A stretch of 64,000 nucleotides of DNA. Source: a virus. Lineage: Duplodnaviria; Caudoviricetes. How positions within the stretch are numbered: the first letter of the stretch is position 1; each line of letters opens with the position of its first letter. The translations under genes and the position numbers were made by a program. The DNA lies in the IMG/VR virus record IMGVR_UViG_3300005614_000005, positions 1 through 64,000 of that record; one strand, written 5' to 3'. The notes below the pieces were generated by a model. It saw nothing but the letters and a program-made list of their open reading frames with translations, ran no database searches and was not told where the DNA came from. Positions 1-11,407 of the stretch are shown piece by piece.

Positions 1-1
1 G

Positions 2-610
2 CCGAAGGTATCCCTACCCCCGGAGTGGGAAGAGTACGGCCGCACCACGATGGACCAGCCGAACCCCTACTGGACGCTGCGCGCCCCGCAGGTGACCGTG
101 ATCGGGCTGGCGACCAACCTGCCCTCCGGCGGCGAGGTGGACTCCACGCAGGCCGAATGGCTCGCGGAGGAGCTGAAGGCGGCGCCGGCCGGCGTACCGC
201 TCATAGTCGCCCTGCACCACCCGCCGTACTCGGTGGACGACCACCACGGCGGCTCGGCGCGCATGGGCACGGTCATCGACACGGCCGCAGCGGCGGCCGG
301 ACGCTGGCCCGACCTGGTGCTCTCCGGCCACGTCCACGACTACCAGCGCTTCACGCGGACGGTCGACGGGAAGACCGTTGTGTACGTCGTGGCGGGCGCC
401 GGCGGCTACCACAACCTGCACAGCTTCGCGTCCGGCGCGGAAAAGGGCCTGCAGGTCACGCAAGACACCGTCTTCGAGGGCGGCGTGGACAACGACTGGG
501 GCTACCTGCGGCTCACGTTCCCGCCCGCCGGCAAGTTCGGCGAGCAGGGCATCGCCGGAAGCTACGTCAACTCGGGCGGGACGACCGTCGACACCTTCGA
601 GGTCAAGTGA
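2..610 (+). CDS. Calcineurin-like metallophosphoesterase (purple acid phosphatase-like), 5' partial
   Basis: HHPPYS, SGHVHDYQR and VAGAGG motifs; frame is open to the window edge. Confidence 0.8.
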   Translation, partial: PKVSLPPEWEEYGRTTMDQPNPYWTLRAPQVTVIGLATNLPSGGEVDSTQAEWLAEELKAAPAGVPLIVALHHPPYSVDDHHGGSARMGTVIDTAAAAAGRWPDLVLSGHVHDYQRFTRTVDGKTVVYVVAGAGGYHNLHSFASGAEKGLQVTQDTVFEGGVDNDWGYLRLTFPPAGKFGEQGIAGSYVNSGGTTVDTFEVK

Positions 611-732
611 GCGACTGGCGAATCTGGGTAGTGGTCGGCGTGATCGGCGCGTGCGACATCGCGTATCGTCGGCTACTGCGAGCGCCGGCGCGGCGCTGGG
701 CCGGAATCGCGACGGTGTGGAGGTGAGCGCCC

Positions 733-1206
733 GTGCCGCCAGAAGGGCTCGGCGAGCTCGTGACGAACGGCGAGCCGATTTCGACCGACTTTCGCACGAG
801 GCGCAGAAGGGCCGTCGAAGGCCGGGCTCTCTCAACCCCCGTAAGTCCTCGGGAGGTCGGGGAGCGGTCAAGAAGAGGCGGTAAGCGTTCCAAGTACTGG
901 CGGGTCGAGCTGCCGTACACCGAGGTGCGCGCCGCCGAGAAGACCTGGCGGTACCTGCTGCAACCGCCCTTCTGGGCGAACGCCGAAGACCGCCGGGCGC
1001 GGAAGGAAGCGCTCGAAATGCTGCGCATGTTCATCCGCGGCTGCCTCGAAGAGCCCAAGGACCGGCGGCGCATCGGGGGTTTCGTCGGCTACCGCCGTGG
1101 CATGAGCATCAGGCTGGTTGTGGCACGCGAGCCGCCCGCTCGTGGCGGTGGATCGCCCCCACCGTCCCCGCCGTCCAACGAGCTGCCCCCTGGCCCGTCG
1201 GAATAG
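733..1206 (+). CDS. Hypothetical protein
   Basis: ORF only; its 3' end overlaps the recombinase on the opposite strand. Confidence 0.35.
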   Translation: MPPEGLGELVTNGEPISTDFRTRRRRAVEGRALSTPVSPREVGERSRRGGKRSKYWRVELPYTEVRAAEKTWRYLLQPPFWANAEDRRARKEALEMLRMFIRGCLEEPKDRRRIGGFVGYRRGMSIRLVVAREPPARGGGSPPPSPPSNELPPGPSE

Positions 1207-1780
1207 CGCGGGCGTTGAAGTCGTCGGCGATCTCGCGGAGTAGCTCGCCCGCGTCCCGTCGGACGAGCACCTCCTCGCGGAGCTCCTGCGAGATCGAGCG
1301 CGGACGGCCGATCTTGACACCTTCGGCGCGCACACGAGCGAGACCATCACGGGTACGTTGGGCGATCATCTTGCGCTCGAGCTGGGCGAAGATCGCGAGG
1401 ATCCCGAGCATCGCCTCGCCGAAGGGGTTGGTCGGATCGAGACCTGGACAGTCGCCGATTCCAAGCCGCCAACCCTCGGCGATGCACGCCTCGCTGATCG
1501 TGGCAAAGTCGAGCACGGAACGGCTCAGGCGGTCGAGGCGGTAGACGTTCAACGACCGAGCCTCGCCGTCACGGAGCATCTGGAGCGCTCGAAGAAGTTC
1601 CGGTCGGTCCATCGTCGCAGCTGAGAGACCTTCATCTTCGAGGACGAGCGCGTTAGGAAGGCTGGCGGCAAACGCGTCACGCTGAACCTCCATGCCGATG
1701 TTCTGTTCGTCCGTCGAAACGCGGATGTAAGCGATGTCGATGGGCGGGCGGTCCTCGTAGGGGATCTTGCGGGTCTTCAT
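1109..1780 (-). CDS. Small serine recombinase (resolvase/invertase type) with C-terminal DNA-binding region
   Basis: YIRVSTDEQ (catalytic Ser), YRLDRLSRS, FAQLERKMIAQRT and GRP motifs; AAAGGAGG RBS. Confidence 0.92.
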   Translation of the reverse strand: MKTRKIPYEDRPPIDIAYIRVSTDEQNIGMEVQRDAFAASLPNALVLEDEGLSAATMDRPELLRALQMLRDGEARSLNVYRLDRLSRSVLDFATISEACIAEGWRLGIGDCPGLDPTNPFGEAMLGILAIFAQLERKMIAQRTRDGLARVRAEGVKIGRPRSISQELREEVLVRRDAGELLREIADDFNARAIPTGQGAARWTAGTVGAIHRHERAARVPQPA

Positions 1781-1809
1781 TGGGCCCTCCTTTCAATGGT
1801 GGAGGGAAC

Positions 1810-1837
1810 ATCATACCAGGTTCTCAAAGTTTGTCAA
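1810..1837 (-). promoter_or_regulatory. Sigma70-type promoter of the recombinase
   Basis: TTGACA ... TATGAT on the minus strand upstream of the RBS and ATG. Confidence 0.7.
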
Positions 1838-2853
1838 CCCTCGGAGGATTTTCTCAGATCCTGTTTCGCAGCCCCCGGGCGCCGACTGACCCGGGGGCTA
1901 CTTTTCTATCATCCGCCCTCGGGCTCGATTTGCTGATTCAACAAACCGGGCGATTGCTGACCCGTCGAAAGCCTGACAACCAAGGGCAATGCAGGGTGTG
2001 GGCGTGGGTTTGCCCTGTAGCGATCCCTTGATTGACCAGCGCAGGCCGTCAGACGGACGCTGACAGCCCGCTCGTGCGCGAGTATTAGAGCGCGGGCCGT
2101 CGATCAGCCGACGACTATCGACCTCAGGGTCGGCGGGCCGGCGGGCATCCAACCCCACCCAGCCACCAGCGCTCGTCCTTGGCTGGTCAATCGACTACCA
2201 GCCGCGCAGCCCCGCCAGCCCGACGCTACAATCCCGCTGTGACCCGCCTCTCGTCCACGCTCGCGGCCCGCCTCCTCCGTCCCCTGACTACCCCACTACC
2301 GACCCCAACACGTCGAGCCCGCAAACCGATCCTCCCGCGCGGCCTGCGACTGCACCTCCCCACGCCCACCACCCTGCCAGCCCAGACCTGCCCCGCAGGT
2401 CCGGTCCTCGTCTAGCAGCCAAAGGGCCGAGCTCTCGCCCGGCCCCTTGCCCTTGACAGTCTCAACCTCAACTAGCGAGCGCTGACAACCCGTCCGCGTC
2501 CGTCCCAGCAGACGTAGACCCGGGCGCTCGAGGCCCTGGCCTCCAACTCCTGCCGGCTGGCCCGTCGGCCCCTGGCCCGCGGTAGCAGCGCCCGGCCTGC
2601 CTCCAGCAGCCCGGTCATCGCTCCACCTCGATCCCCATCAGCGACGCCCTGCAACCCCTGCCGCGCTTCTGCTGGGCCTTGACCAGCGCCTTGTGCTTGC
2701 CAGCAGCGCGGGTCCGCGTTACGACCCCGTCCGACCAGATGATGTGGAAGGTAGTTACGGCCATGATTTCCTCCTGTCAACTCGAGCGTCTGGCTCGTCA
2801 GCGCCGGGGCAACACCCCCGACGGACGCCCGCCCCCGAGGACGGGCGTTTCGC

Positions 2854-3393
2854 CTAGCTCGCTGCGGGACGGAGGCTGTCGGCCTCGCAGGTGACGGTTT
2901 CGCCGTCGATCTCGACGTCGTAGGTGCCGTCGCCGTTGACGGCGATTACCTCGACTGCGCGGCTGGCGTCGACGGGGAAGTCGGTCGCTTCGACCTTGTC
3001 CCCCAGCTCGAACGAGTAGACGACGCCCACGCGGTCGGTCTCCCACGGCCCTTCGATCAGCGCCAGGTGGTCGGACAGGAGCTGGAGTTCGCCAGCCATG
3101 CGGTCGAGGTCGGGACCGCGGCCCTGCAGGACGCCCAGCGAGTTGATGCTGAAGCGCTCGTTTGCCAGCGCCTTGTCGGCTTGACCAGCCGCGCGCTGCA
3201 GGTCTTCGGCGGTGCGGTTGGCGGCGTCCCTGAACTGCTCGGCCTTGCGGGAGAACTCGCTGCGGATCCGGATAATCTGGTTGACGATGTCGCGAACGCC
3301 GCGGTTGTCGGCCGGGTCGATCCCGAGCTTCCCGCAGATGTGCGCCTCGAGCGCCTTGTCGGCTTGGAAGATGCGGTCAAACTTGGTGTCCAT
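2854..3393 (-). CDS. Hypothetical protein (coiled coil plus small C-terminal SH3-like beta domain)
   Basis: GAGG RBS before MDTKF; upstream TTGACG..TAATGT promoter. Confidence 0.6.
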   Translation of the reverse strand: MDTKFDRIFQADKALEAHICGKLGIDPADNRGVRDIVNQIIRIRSEFSRKAEQFRDAANRTAEDLQRAAGQADKALANERFSINSLGVLQGRGPDLDRMAGELQLLSDHLALIEGPWETDRVGVVYSFELGDKVEATDFPVDASRAVEVIAVNGDGTYDVEIDGETVTCEADSLRPAAS

Positions 3394-3562
3394 GATTTCC
3401 TCTTTCGGTTGGGCTGTAATCAACTGCACGGTGCAACATTAGCCCACTTCTTGCAGATCGTCAACCCCGATCTGTAAGATTTATCTCGCCTTTATCTTTG
3501 GCCCAAACACAACAGCCGACGGACGGTTGACCCGCCCGCCAGTTGCCGGCTTCGTCTGTCAA

Positions 3563-3814
3563 CTATTCGCAGGTCCAGCGCACGTCGATCCAGCGCCGGC
3601 TTACGTTGTAGACGGTCACCGAACGGCGAAACGTCAGCACGACGGCGACGCCGCGGAAGACGAGCGCGCCGCGTTCGTAGCGGGCGTGCCGCTGCACCTG
3701 CCCGTTGACGACGACCGCGAAGTCGTAGCCGTGCGACGAGCGTGGGCAAGACGGGTTGACTTCGCCGTGCGGCGCGACGGCCAGGACGACGGTTGCGAGT
3801 AGTGCGGTAAACAT
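3563..3814 (-). CDS. Small secreted or membrane hypothetical protein
   Basis: AGGAGG RBS; hydrophobic N-terminus MFTALLATVVLAVA. Confidence 0.55.
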   Translation of the reverse strand: MFTALLATVVLAVAPHGEVNPSCPRSSHGYDFAVVVNGQVQRHARYERGALVFRGVAVVLTFRRSVTVYNVSRRWIDVRWTCE

Positions 3815-3825
3815 GTTTCCTCCTG

Positions 3826-4143
3826 TCAAAGTTGGCCGTCCTCGCGGAACAACTCCGCGAGCATCCGGCACAGCGGCGGGTCGGCGGCCAGGTCGGGGTT
3901 GACCTCGCCAGCCTCGTCCCAGTACGGCACGGGCGGGTACAGTTCCTCGTCGTCCCAGTGGTCGGCGCCGAACTCGACGGTCTCGACCAGCCGGCCGTCT
4001 TCGACGCGGAAGGCCGCGCGGTAGAGGCCCGTCTCGTCCAGCACGTCAACCCACGTGATTTTCCCAGCGGGCGGACGTCTGCCGGCACCAGCCGGGTCTA
4101 CGTGCGCGCGGTGGATAGTTATTTGACAACCCATAAACCTCAT
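3826..4143 (-). CDS. Hypothetical protein
   Basis: Plausible ORF in the minus-strand cluster. Confidence 0.5.
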   Translation of the reverse strand: MRFMGCQITIHRAHVDPAGAGRRPPAGKITWVDVLDETGLYRAAFRVEDGRLVETVEFGADHWDDEELYPPVPYWDEAGEVNPDLAADPPLCRMLAELFREDGQL

Positions 4144-4570
4144 ATCAACCACCGTAGCCCCTCGGGCACGACGGCGCCGACCTGCTCGGGCAGCCATTCG
4201 GTCCGCATGTTGGCGGGCGGCTGCGGCGTCCTGCGGTCTTCGACAATTCCCTGTGCGGCGTTGTTCTGTTGCGGTTTGTTCGGCATGGTTTCCTCCGTCT
4301 ATAGTTACACCGTGCAGCAATTATCGACCCTGCTGCAAGAAAAGTCAAGGGCAAAACTGAAAGTTTATCTTCTGTTTGCTTAGCCCCGAACACCAGGTAA
4401 ACTTTCCTCCCGGCCCTTGACAGCGACCGGCCGCCGTAGTACGGTAGTCCTCGCCGCGACACTCGTGACACCTCGTGTCGTGAACGCTCGCGGCGGCTGC
4501 TTGCCATGTAGCCAGCGAGCGCGTGCGACTAACGATCTCCGCGGAGACTGACGCTCGCACGCGCTCGCAA

Positions 4571-4684
4571 TCATAACCCTGCACGCGACCCCCAACGTCA
4601 TAACCCTGTGCGCGACCCCGACCTCATAACCCTGTGACCGCCGCGGCGCAGACGTCATAACCCTACGCGCGCGGCGGTAACCCT
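4571..4684. repeat. Iteron-like direct repeats TCATAACCCT (4 copies plus one partial)
   Basis: Copies at 4571, 4598, 4624 and 4655; partial GTAACCCT at 4677. Confidence 0.85.
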
Positions 4685-5158
4685 CCACCACGCGTGACCT
4701 GCTGCGGCGGTAGGATCCGCTCAGTGGTTCCCGCCGTCATAAACATGCACGCCGAGCCGACCGCCACGGGAGCCCTCCTGACCTGGGACGTCGAGCACCC
4801 CGCGGCGCTGCACTACCTACTGCTCCACGTCCACGACCGCCCCGGCCGTCCACCCCGCACCCGCACCCTCCCCGCATACGCTCGCGCGACGCGCGTCACG
4901 CTCCCCCTGACCGCACCGCCCAACGGCGCGCCGCACTGGCTCTGCGAGCTGCGGCCGGTCATGCGCGGCGGCTGCGCGACGGTACCGGCGCCCGCCATCA
5001 CGACCGCGCAGCGGTAGACTACGGACGCCGGTGTTGGCGCCCCAGAGGGCGCGGAGCGGTAGAGGCTGAACGCCCGTAAGACCAGCGGGAGCCGTGCAAC
5101 GCGGCGCACCGGCACAATTGCCCTTGACAGACGAGCGGCGGTCGGCTACAGTTCGCGC

Positions 5159-5527
5159 ATGCCCGACCTCGCCGACCACCCGTTTGTGCTCGCAGCGGCG
5201 GCACGACTACGTAACGCAGAACGCGAAGCGGCGTCTGTCTCGTACCCCTACGCGCCCGACACGCGGGTCATCCTGGTGACGCCCGCCCGCACCACCATAC
5301 GCGGCGTCGTGCTCACCTGCGACTACGAGGACGACGGCTACCTGCGGATCCTCGCCGAACCGGGCGGGCTTGACGGCTTCCGCGACGTCGATGGCGACGT
5401 GATGTTCTTCCACGCGCACACCTCGCCGCTCGCCATTGAAGACGGCGGCGTGCTCGTCTTCGAGACCCAGTACCGTACGTCACTCGGAATCTACGGTGAC
5501 CTGCCCATCTACCCTCCACATCGCTAA
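5159..5527 (+). CDS. Hypothetical protein (leaderless)
   Basis: TTGACA..TACAGT promoter ends 6 nt before the ATG. Confidence 0.6.
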   Translation: MPDLADHPFVLAAAARLRNAEREAASVSYPYAPDTRVILVTPARTTIRGVVLTCDYEDDGYLRILAEPGGLDGFRDVDGDVMFFHAHTSPLAIEDGGVLVFETQYRTSLGIYGDLPIYPPHR

Positions 5528-5856
5528 GCGACATCCTACCCTCCATTCATGTACCCTCCATCTCTGCTCCCCACCTCTCCAACTCCCGGACTCCGCACCG
5601 AGCAGGCCGCCATCCGCTACAACACCGACCCGCTCCACCACGCGCGTGTGCACGCAGTGCAGCGGCTGCTCACGACGGTCGGCCGCACATTCACGACCGA
5701 ACAGATCTCGCTGATCCTCAACGCCGACGACTTTCGCGGACTCCCTTGACAAATCTCGCAGAACCTGCAAAGATCGCCACCATCACGTAACCTACCCTCC
5801 ATCTTACGCGGACAGTTTTTCGCTATATGGAGGGTCACCCAAAGGAGGAACTCACC

Positions 5857-6333
5857 ATGCCCGAAGCACCCGGACCCGCTAAGATTGCTCCCTTCAAGCT
5901 CGGTGACCGCGTCACCCCCGCGAACGTGGACGGCGTACCGCCGCAGTGTCTCGGCCGCGTGTACGTGGTCCGCAAGCTCAACCCGAAGAACATCCGTTGC
6001 GAGGCCGAGGACGGCGGACGCGGGATCAACTTTCCCGCCCACCTGCTCCTGCCCGCGACCGACGAGAACGTCGCGGCGGGCAACTCGCTCGGCGTCCCTT
6101 ACGAGTCGCGCGAGTACTTCAACCCCGGCGAGGTCGTCACGCTCACGAAACAGTGGAAAGACTGGACGACCGACCTGCCGCTCGTCGTACTCGTGGACAA
6201 GGGCGACAAGGTCAACGTCACGCCGCTCGGCGGCGCCGACGGTCGGTACCTGCGTGTCGGCCCGCGCGGTCTCGTCAAGCGCGACCTGCGCTGGCTCTAT
6301 GAGGACTTCCACAACCGCGGGTACTCGTCATGA
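5857..6333 (+). CDS. Hypothetical phage protein (tandem SH3-like)
   Basis: AAGGAGG RBS; two similar units (FKLGDRV / FNPGEVV). Confidence 0.65.
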   Translation: MPEAPGPAKIAPFKLGDRVTPANVDGVPPQCLGRVYVVRKLNPKNIRCEAEDGGRGINFPAHLLLPATDENVAAGNSLGVPYESREYFNPGEVVTLTKQWKDWTTDLPLVVLVDKGDKVNVTPLGGADGRYLRVGPRGLVKRDLRWLYEDFHNRGYSS

Positions 6334-6875
6334 CGACGCGTGCATCACGCGTCTCCCACGGCACCTGCGCGTGCGGACGTCCGGCCTTCTTCCGCTACCT
6401 GTTCAACAGCGGCCCGCGGTTCTTCTGTCAGTTCTGCTGGTACCTGCGGAGGTCGTCGTGAGCGTCCGTACGTACAAAGCCAACATCGCCGTCCCGAGTC
6501 ACGTGACGGTCGAGGACATCAACTCCGTCCTGAGCTTCCTGACCGGCATCGGCGAGGCGACCCACTCGTCTCTGCGCCGCGCGCCCGTCGTGATCTCGTT
6601 CACCTGGGAGGCCGATGAGGTCAGTTCCTTCGAGCACGGGTACAAGCTGTGTGAAATCGAAGCCGAAGTGAACCAGGTCCTCGCCTCCCACGGTTGGGAA
6701 ACCCTGCACGAGCGGTGGGTGCGCACATGATCATCGCCAACGTGCTTCACTCCATCCACCACGCGATCCTCGTCTGGCACCTCATCTTCTGGATCTGCGT
6801 GGGCGTGCTCTGCGCGGAGGTCATCTTCGACCGACCGATCCTGAAAACCGTGCGATGGTGGCGAGGGAGATGGCG

Positions 6876-7259
6876 ATGAAGACCGTCTACTACGCGCACT
6901 GCATGTCACTCTACGACACGCACCAGGAGACACGCGACCTTACCCTGCTCGCGCAACTTGGCTTCAAGGTCGTGAACCCGAACACCCAGGAGATCACCCT
7001 CGCGGTTCGTGGTTACGCGGATGCGGGCATGGGTAAGCGCCGCGCGATGGAGGAAGTCTTCCGCCCACTTGTGGAGACGACCGACGTGTTCGCGTTCCGC
7101 GCGCTGCCCGACGGTGCCATCTCGTCCGGCGTGTTCCGTGAGTGGGAGTGGGCGGTCGAGGCCGGCAAGCCGATCATCGAGCTGCCCTCCTCCGTCGAGC
7201 GCCGCGCGCTCAGCCTCGAACTGACCCGCGAGTACCTTCGCGAGGTGGGCCAGCGATGA
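6876..7259 (+). CDS. Nucleoside 2-deoxyribosyltransferase-like / nucleotide N-glycosidase fold
   Basis: VYYAH, VVNPN, TDVFAF and SSGVFREWEWAVEAGKPI match the NDT pattern S.G...E...A...GKP. Confidence 0.6.
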   Translation: MKTVYYAHCMSLYDTHQETRDLTLLAQLGFKVVNPNTQEITLAVRGYADAGMGKRRAMEEVFRPLVETTDVFAFRALPDGAISSGVFREWEWAVEAGKPIIELPSSVERRALSLELTREYLREVGQR

Positions 7260-8059
7260 TCATCCACAAGCGCCTCATCCTCTTTTTCATCGCGGTGTTC
7301 TCCGAGTACGGCGTCATCTTCGCTAGCATCTTCGCGCTCGAAGAACCGTGGAAGATCCTGCCCGGCACCCTCGCCGTCGTGGCCCTCTACGTCATCGTGC
7401 TCAGGTTCATGAACGGAGGCCCGAGGTGAACCCCACGCTCACACGCGACATGACACCCGAGCAGTGGGTTGCCGCCGTACAAGGCCACTTCGTGCGCCGA
7501 CGCAAAGGCGACACCGTCTACGTCGTGCAGGGGTTGCGGCACCATCCTCATCCGAGGTACCGCAAGGAGGGGGAGCTCGTTCTCTCGCTCGAGCGAGTGA
7601 CCCGCGACGACAGCTTCCGCGCCTACACGTGGGCGCCGCTCTCCGACATTCCCAAGTTCATCATTTGTACAGTCAACGGAAAGGAGCTTCACATGCACGA
7701 GGACAGATGTTGTGATTCAACACCACCCACACAGGTTACCGACCTGGCTCAGCGCTTCGACGCGCGGACGCTCAAGGCGGCACTGAAGGCTCGGCGTCGC
7801 GCTGACGCGGAGCGCGAGCGCACCCAGGCCGAGATCAACGCGGAGCGCGAGGAGAACCAGCGCCTCCGACAGATCGCACTCGACTCGCTCGAGAAGCAGG
7901 CGGCCAGCGGCGACGTAGGTGCGGCGGTCGAGCTGTTCAGGCTGGCGTCGTGATCCTGACCGGGCTACCCGAGGTCGTCTGCCTGCTCGGCCTTGGGCTG
8001 GCGATCTTCCTGCACCTGCAGGCGCACGCCCGCCCGTATGACTGGGAGGTGGACGGGCT

Positions 8060-8380
8060 GTGAAGACGATCACACGCGACCGGGTGATCGCGCTGGTGGA
8101 CCGCGCGATCACCGAGACACCCAGCCTGACGGACGCCGAGCGTCGGGCGCTGACGGAGACCGCGCTGACCATCGAGCGCATCGCGCTCAATGGCTGGTAC
8201 AGCGAGGAGTACGACTGTGGGTGCGTCTCCACGACGGCGTTCAACACGCTCACGGAAGACCCGCGAGATCTCATCTCGCCCGCCGTGCGCCGCTTCGGGC
8301 TTGAGTTCGACCGCTACCTCCGCGACGAGGTGGGCGAGCCCGAGATCCAAGACATCAGCGCGGTGGAGGTCGAGGGATGA
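8060..8380 (+). CDS. Hypothetical protein
   Basis: GGAGG RBS; translationally coupled cluster. Confidence 0.5.
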   Translation: MKTITRDRVIALVDRAITETPSLTDAERRALTETALTIERIALNGWYSEEYDCGCVSTTAFNTLTEDPRDLISPAVRRFGLEFDRYLRDEVGEPEIQDISAVEVEG

Positions 8381-9288
8381 GCCGCGAGCAACGCGTGTAC
8401 GAGTCCGCCCGTCGCTTCCTCGAGAACGGGCGGATCCCAACACCCACGCTCCTCAACCGAGCGCTTGGGTGCGTGTCGCCCCGCGAGTGGACGGAAATGG
8501 GACCGTACGGTCGAGCGCGCAACACCTGCCGGGCGAAGATGAACCACCTGAACGGCCGCGAGACCCGCGCTCGCACGCGCGCCCTGCTCGAGTTCGGCTG
8601 CACGAAGGGCGCGGACGGAAGGTGGCACCTGCCGTGACCTCCGAAGATCGTCACGTCGCCAAGCGCGGCGGACCGCACGGCGACACCTGCACGCGGTGCG
8701 GGGAGCGGGTCGACGCCGACATCCACGTCGTCAACCCGACGCTGCATGACGCGCCCACCTGGTATGTCACCGTGCGTGCGCCGCAGGGCGGACCGATCTA
8801 CACGCACACCTCTGACGGCGGCGACATCGCCAGCCTACTCCGCAACGTCGCCGACGGGCTGGACCTGACCGACGCCGACGCGGTGCTGATCACGTGCGAA
8901 CGTGACGACCGTGTGGCAGCGCTGCCCGTCAGCGACAAGATGGTGACCTGCGCACTGGACATCGCGGAGGAGACCGGCTTGTGTACGGCGCCGCAGCTCA
9001 TTCGGACGCTCGACATCGGTGTCCGTACGAAGTACATGACGGCCATCCGCCAGTCGATGGTGCGCGTCCTACACGCGGCGCTGGAGGCACGGACGTGAAG
9101 ACCTTTATCGTCCACACACACGAGGACGTAACCGGCACGTACCGCGTCCAAGCTGAGAGCCAGGAGGCCGCCGAAGACCTCTTCAAGGACAAGACGACGC
9201 TCCTCCGAAACTGGGATCGACCCGAGCGAGTTGAGCAGGTCGACTACCAGGCCTTCACCATCGAGGTCGATACCGTCGAGGAGGTCTC

Positions 9289-9750
9289 GTGAAGCCCCTC
9301 CTGTTCCTCGACGTGGACGGTGTGATCAACGCGGTCGACCGCACGCTCGACGTGGAGACCGTGGAGCGCAAGGGCTACGCGATCCGCTTTCAACCCTGGC
9401 TGCGCGAGTGCCTGCTCGAGCTGCACGAGCACTTCGAGGTCGTCTGGTGTACGACCTGGGAAGAGGACGCCGAGCCTAGCTTCGCCGAGGTGCTCGGCCT
9501 GCCCGGCACGCGCGACCGCGTGCAGTGGGCGACGCGCCGGATGAGCGGCATCTCCGGCGACAAGCTGCCCGCGCTCGAACGCTACGCCGGCGACCGGCCG
9601 TGGGCGTTCATCGATGACGACGCGGCGTGGGAACTGACGCGCCACGAGGTCACCGCCCCAACCTACCTGATCGTGGAACCCGACCCGAAGGTCGGCCTGA
9701 CCCGTGCCCACACCGACCAACTCATCACGTTCGCAAGGGAGGTATCATGA
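9289..9750 (+). CDS. HAD-superfamily phosphatase (RNA-repair HAD type)
   Basis: LFLDVDGV motif I, CTTW, DK, FIDDD motif IV, GLT. Confidence 0.8.
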   Translation: MKPLLFLDVDGVINAVDRTLDVETVERKGYAIRFQPWLRECLLELHEHFEVVWCTTWEEDAEPSFAEVLGLPGTRDRVQWATRRMSGISGDKLPALERYAGDRPWAFIDDDAAWELTRHEVTAPTYLIVEPDPKVGLTRAHTDQLITFAREVS

Positions 9751-11346
9751 CTGTTCTCGTCAAACGCGCGCCCGGTGGCGCGGTACTCGTGGAGGCGTAC
9801 GGCGCCGACCGTCAGCGTCTCGTGGACGCCCACCGGGAGGCCTACGGCACTAACGACTCCGCCACGAAGGACGTCATCGCGGCGTTTGCGCACGGTGACG
9901 ACCCGCTCAAGTGTTGCGCGGACCCCGACGAACTGCGCCCAGCGGTCCTGGCGCTCAACGATCCGATGCTGCTCTGGGAGCTCAACGGGATCGAGGTCGA
10001 GGACCGCGCCGAGCGGCTGCGTGAGGAGGCGGAAGACCTCGAAGCCAACCACATCGCGAAGCGACCGAGGTCGTCGTGACCCGCCGCCACCTCCCCTCCG
10101 GCTGGCTTGAGAAGAACCTGCACCGCAAGGTGAAGCGCGTCCGTGGCCGCCTCATCTACACGATCCGCGGCGTGCAGTGCACCGTCCCGCAGCACGGGTG
10201 GCAGGTGCTGCTCGAACGCGAGGACGGCCAGATCGTCACGGCGCCCTGGCGCGAAGTGAAGCGGATGGTGGCGGCGTGAAGTGGCAAGCGACAGTTCGTG
10301 ATTCATGGTTCGGCACGAACTACGGTACGGTTGAGTGTGAGGCTCGTGATTACACTGAGGCCAGATCACGACTCTCAAGCGTCGCACACACTGCTGAACG
10401 TGTACCTGCAAGCCCTTGGAAGGACATTGAGGTGTCGCAGATACGAAGGGTGCCATCGTGATCGAGTACTGCACGTACCACATGAAGCGCGGCTGGTGGT
10501 GCTCGCGCGAGATGTGGCACTCCGGCCCCTGCGCACTGCGACCGCGGTGGTGGAACCTGCTGGCATGGTGGAGGGGCTGGTGAACACCCTCGCCTGCCCC
10601 TACTGCAACCGTGACGACGGACTCGAGCGCGAGTACCGTGAGGACCACTACGGCTACCAGCGCGTGCGCTTCACCGTCAACGACGGCGCGCGGACCGAGC
10701 ACTCCGAAGGGTCACGTGAAATGACGCGTGAAGGTCCGCCCGAGCAGACCGGTGACATCTGGTGCTCGCACTGCGAGGACGACTTCCACGAACGCCTGCT
10801 CGTCCAGCTTGACGGCGAGGGTCGGGTCGTCGCGCGCCAGCCACCTGAGCAGGGGGTGCTCGCGTGAAGGCGCAGCCACGCATGTACTGGGTGAGCGTGA
10901 AGAACCACGACACCGACGAGTGGAGGGAAGCGATGATCGAAGCGGACGACGGGAACCACGCGCTCGAAAAGTTCCTGCGCCGCACGTCGATCCGCAACTT
11001 CATCTACGACGCGGCCATGAAGTTTGAGGGACCCGACCGGATCACCTTTGCCATCCAACACACGCGGAGGAAGCGGCGATGATCGTACGCGAACTGATCG
11101 AGGAGCTCGAACGGTACGACCCTGAGGTGCCTGCTGTCGTGCGCCTGTCCACTGGTGTTGCAATCATCATGGATGTTGGACGACGCGAGCGGAACGGGGT
11201 AGTGCAACCGCAAATCTACGTCGATGAGGAGCAACACCCATGAAGCAACCACGCCGGCGGCGGCACGGCCGCCTCACCAAGCTGCGGCGGTACCGCGAGC
11301 TGCAGAACCTCTACCGCGGCTGGCTGCACAACTTGTCCTTGCGCCC

Positions 11347-11374
11347 TTGACATTCATTGAGAAGTTGATAGGGT
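11347..11374 (+). promoter_or_regulatory. Sigma70-type promoter with internal TTGAGAAG box
   Basis: TTGACA-TTCA-TTGAGAAG..TAGGGT, then AAGGAGG and ATG at 11408. Confidence 0.65.
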
Positions 11375-11407
11375 AGAGCCCGCCCAATCACAACGGAAGG
11401 AGGAAGC

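Noticed and set aside
1109-1780. Large serine integrase marking a prophage boundary
   Set aside because: It is too short, has no zinc-ribbon or coiled-coil region, and no att repeat was found.
4571-4684. CRISPR array or telomeric (TAACCC)n repeat
   Set aside because: The repeat is only 10 nt, the spacers resemble each other, the units are not tandem, and no cas operon is present.
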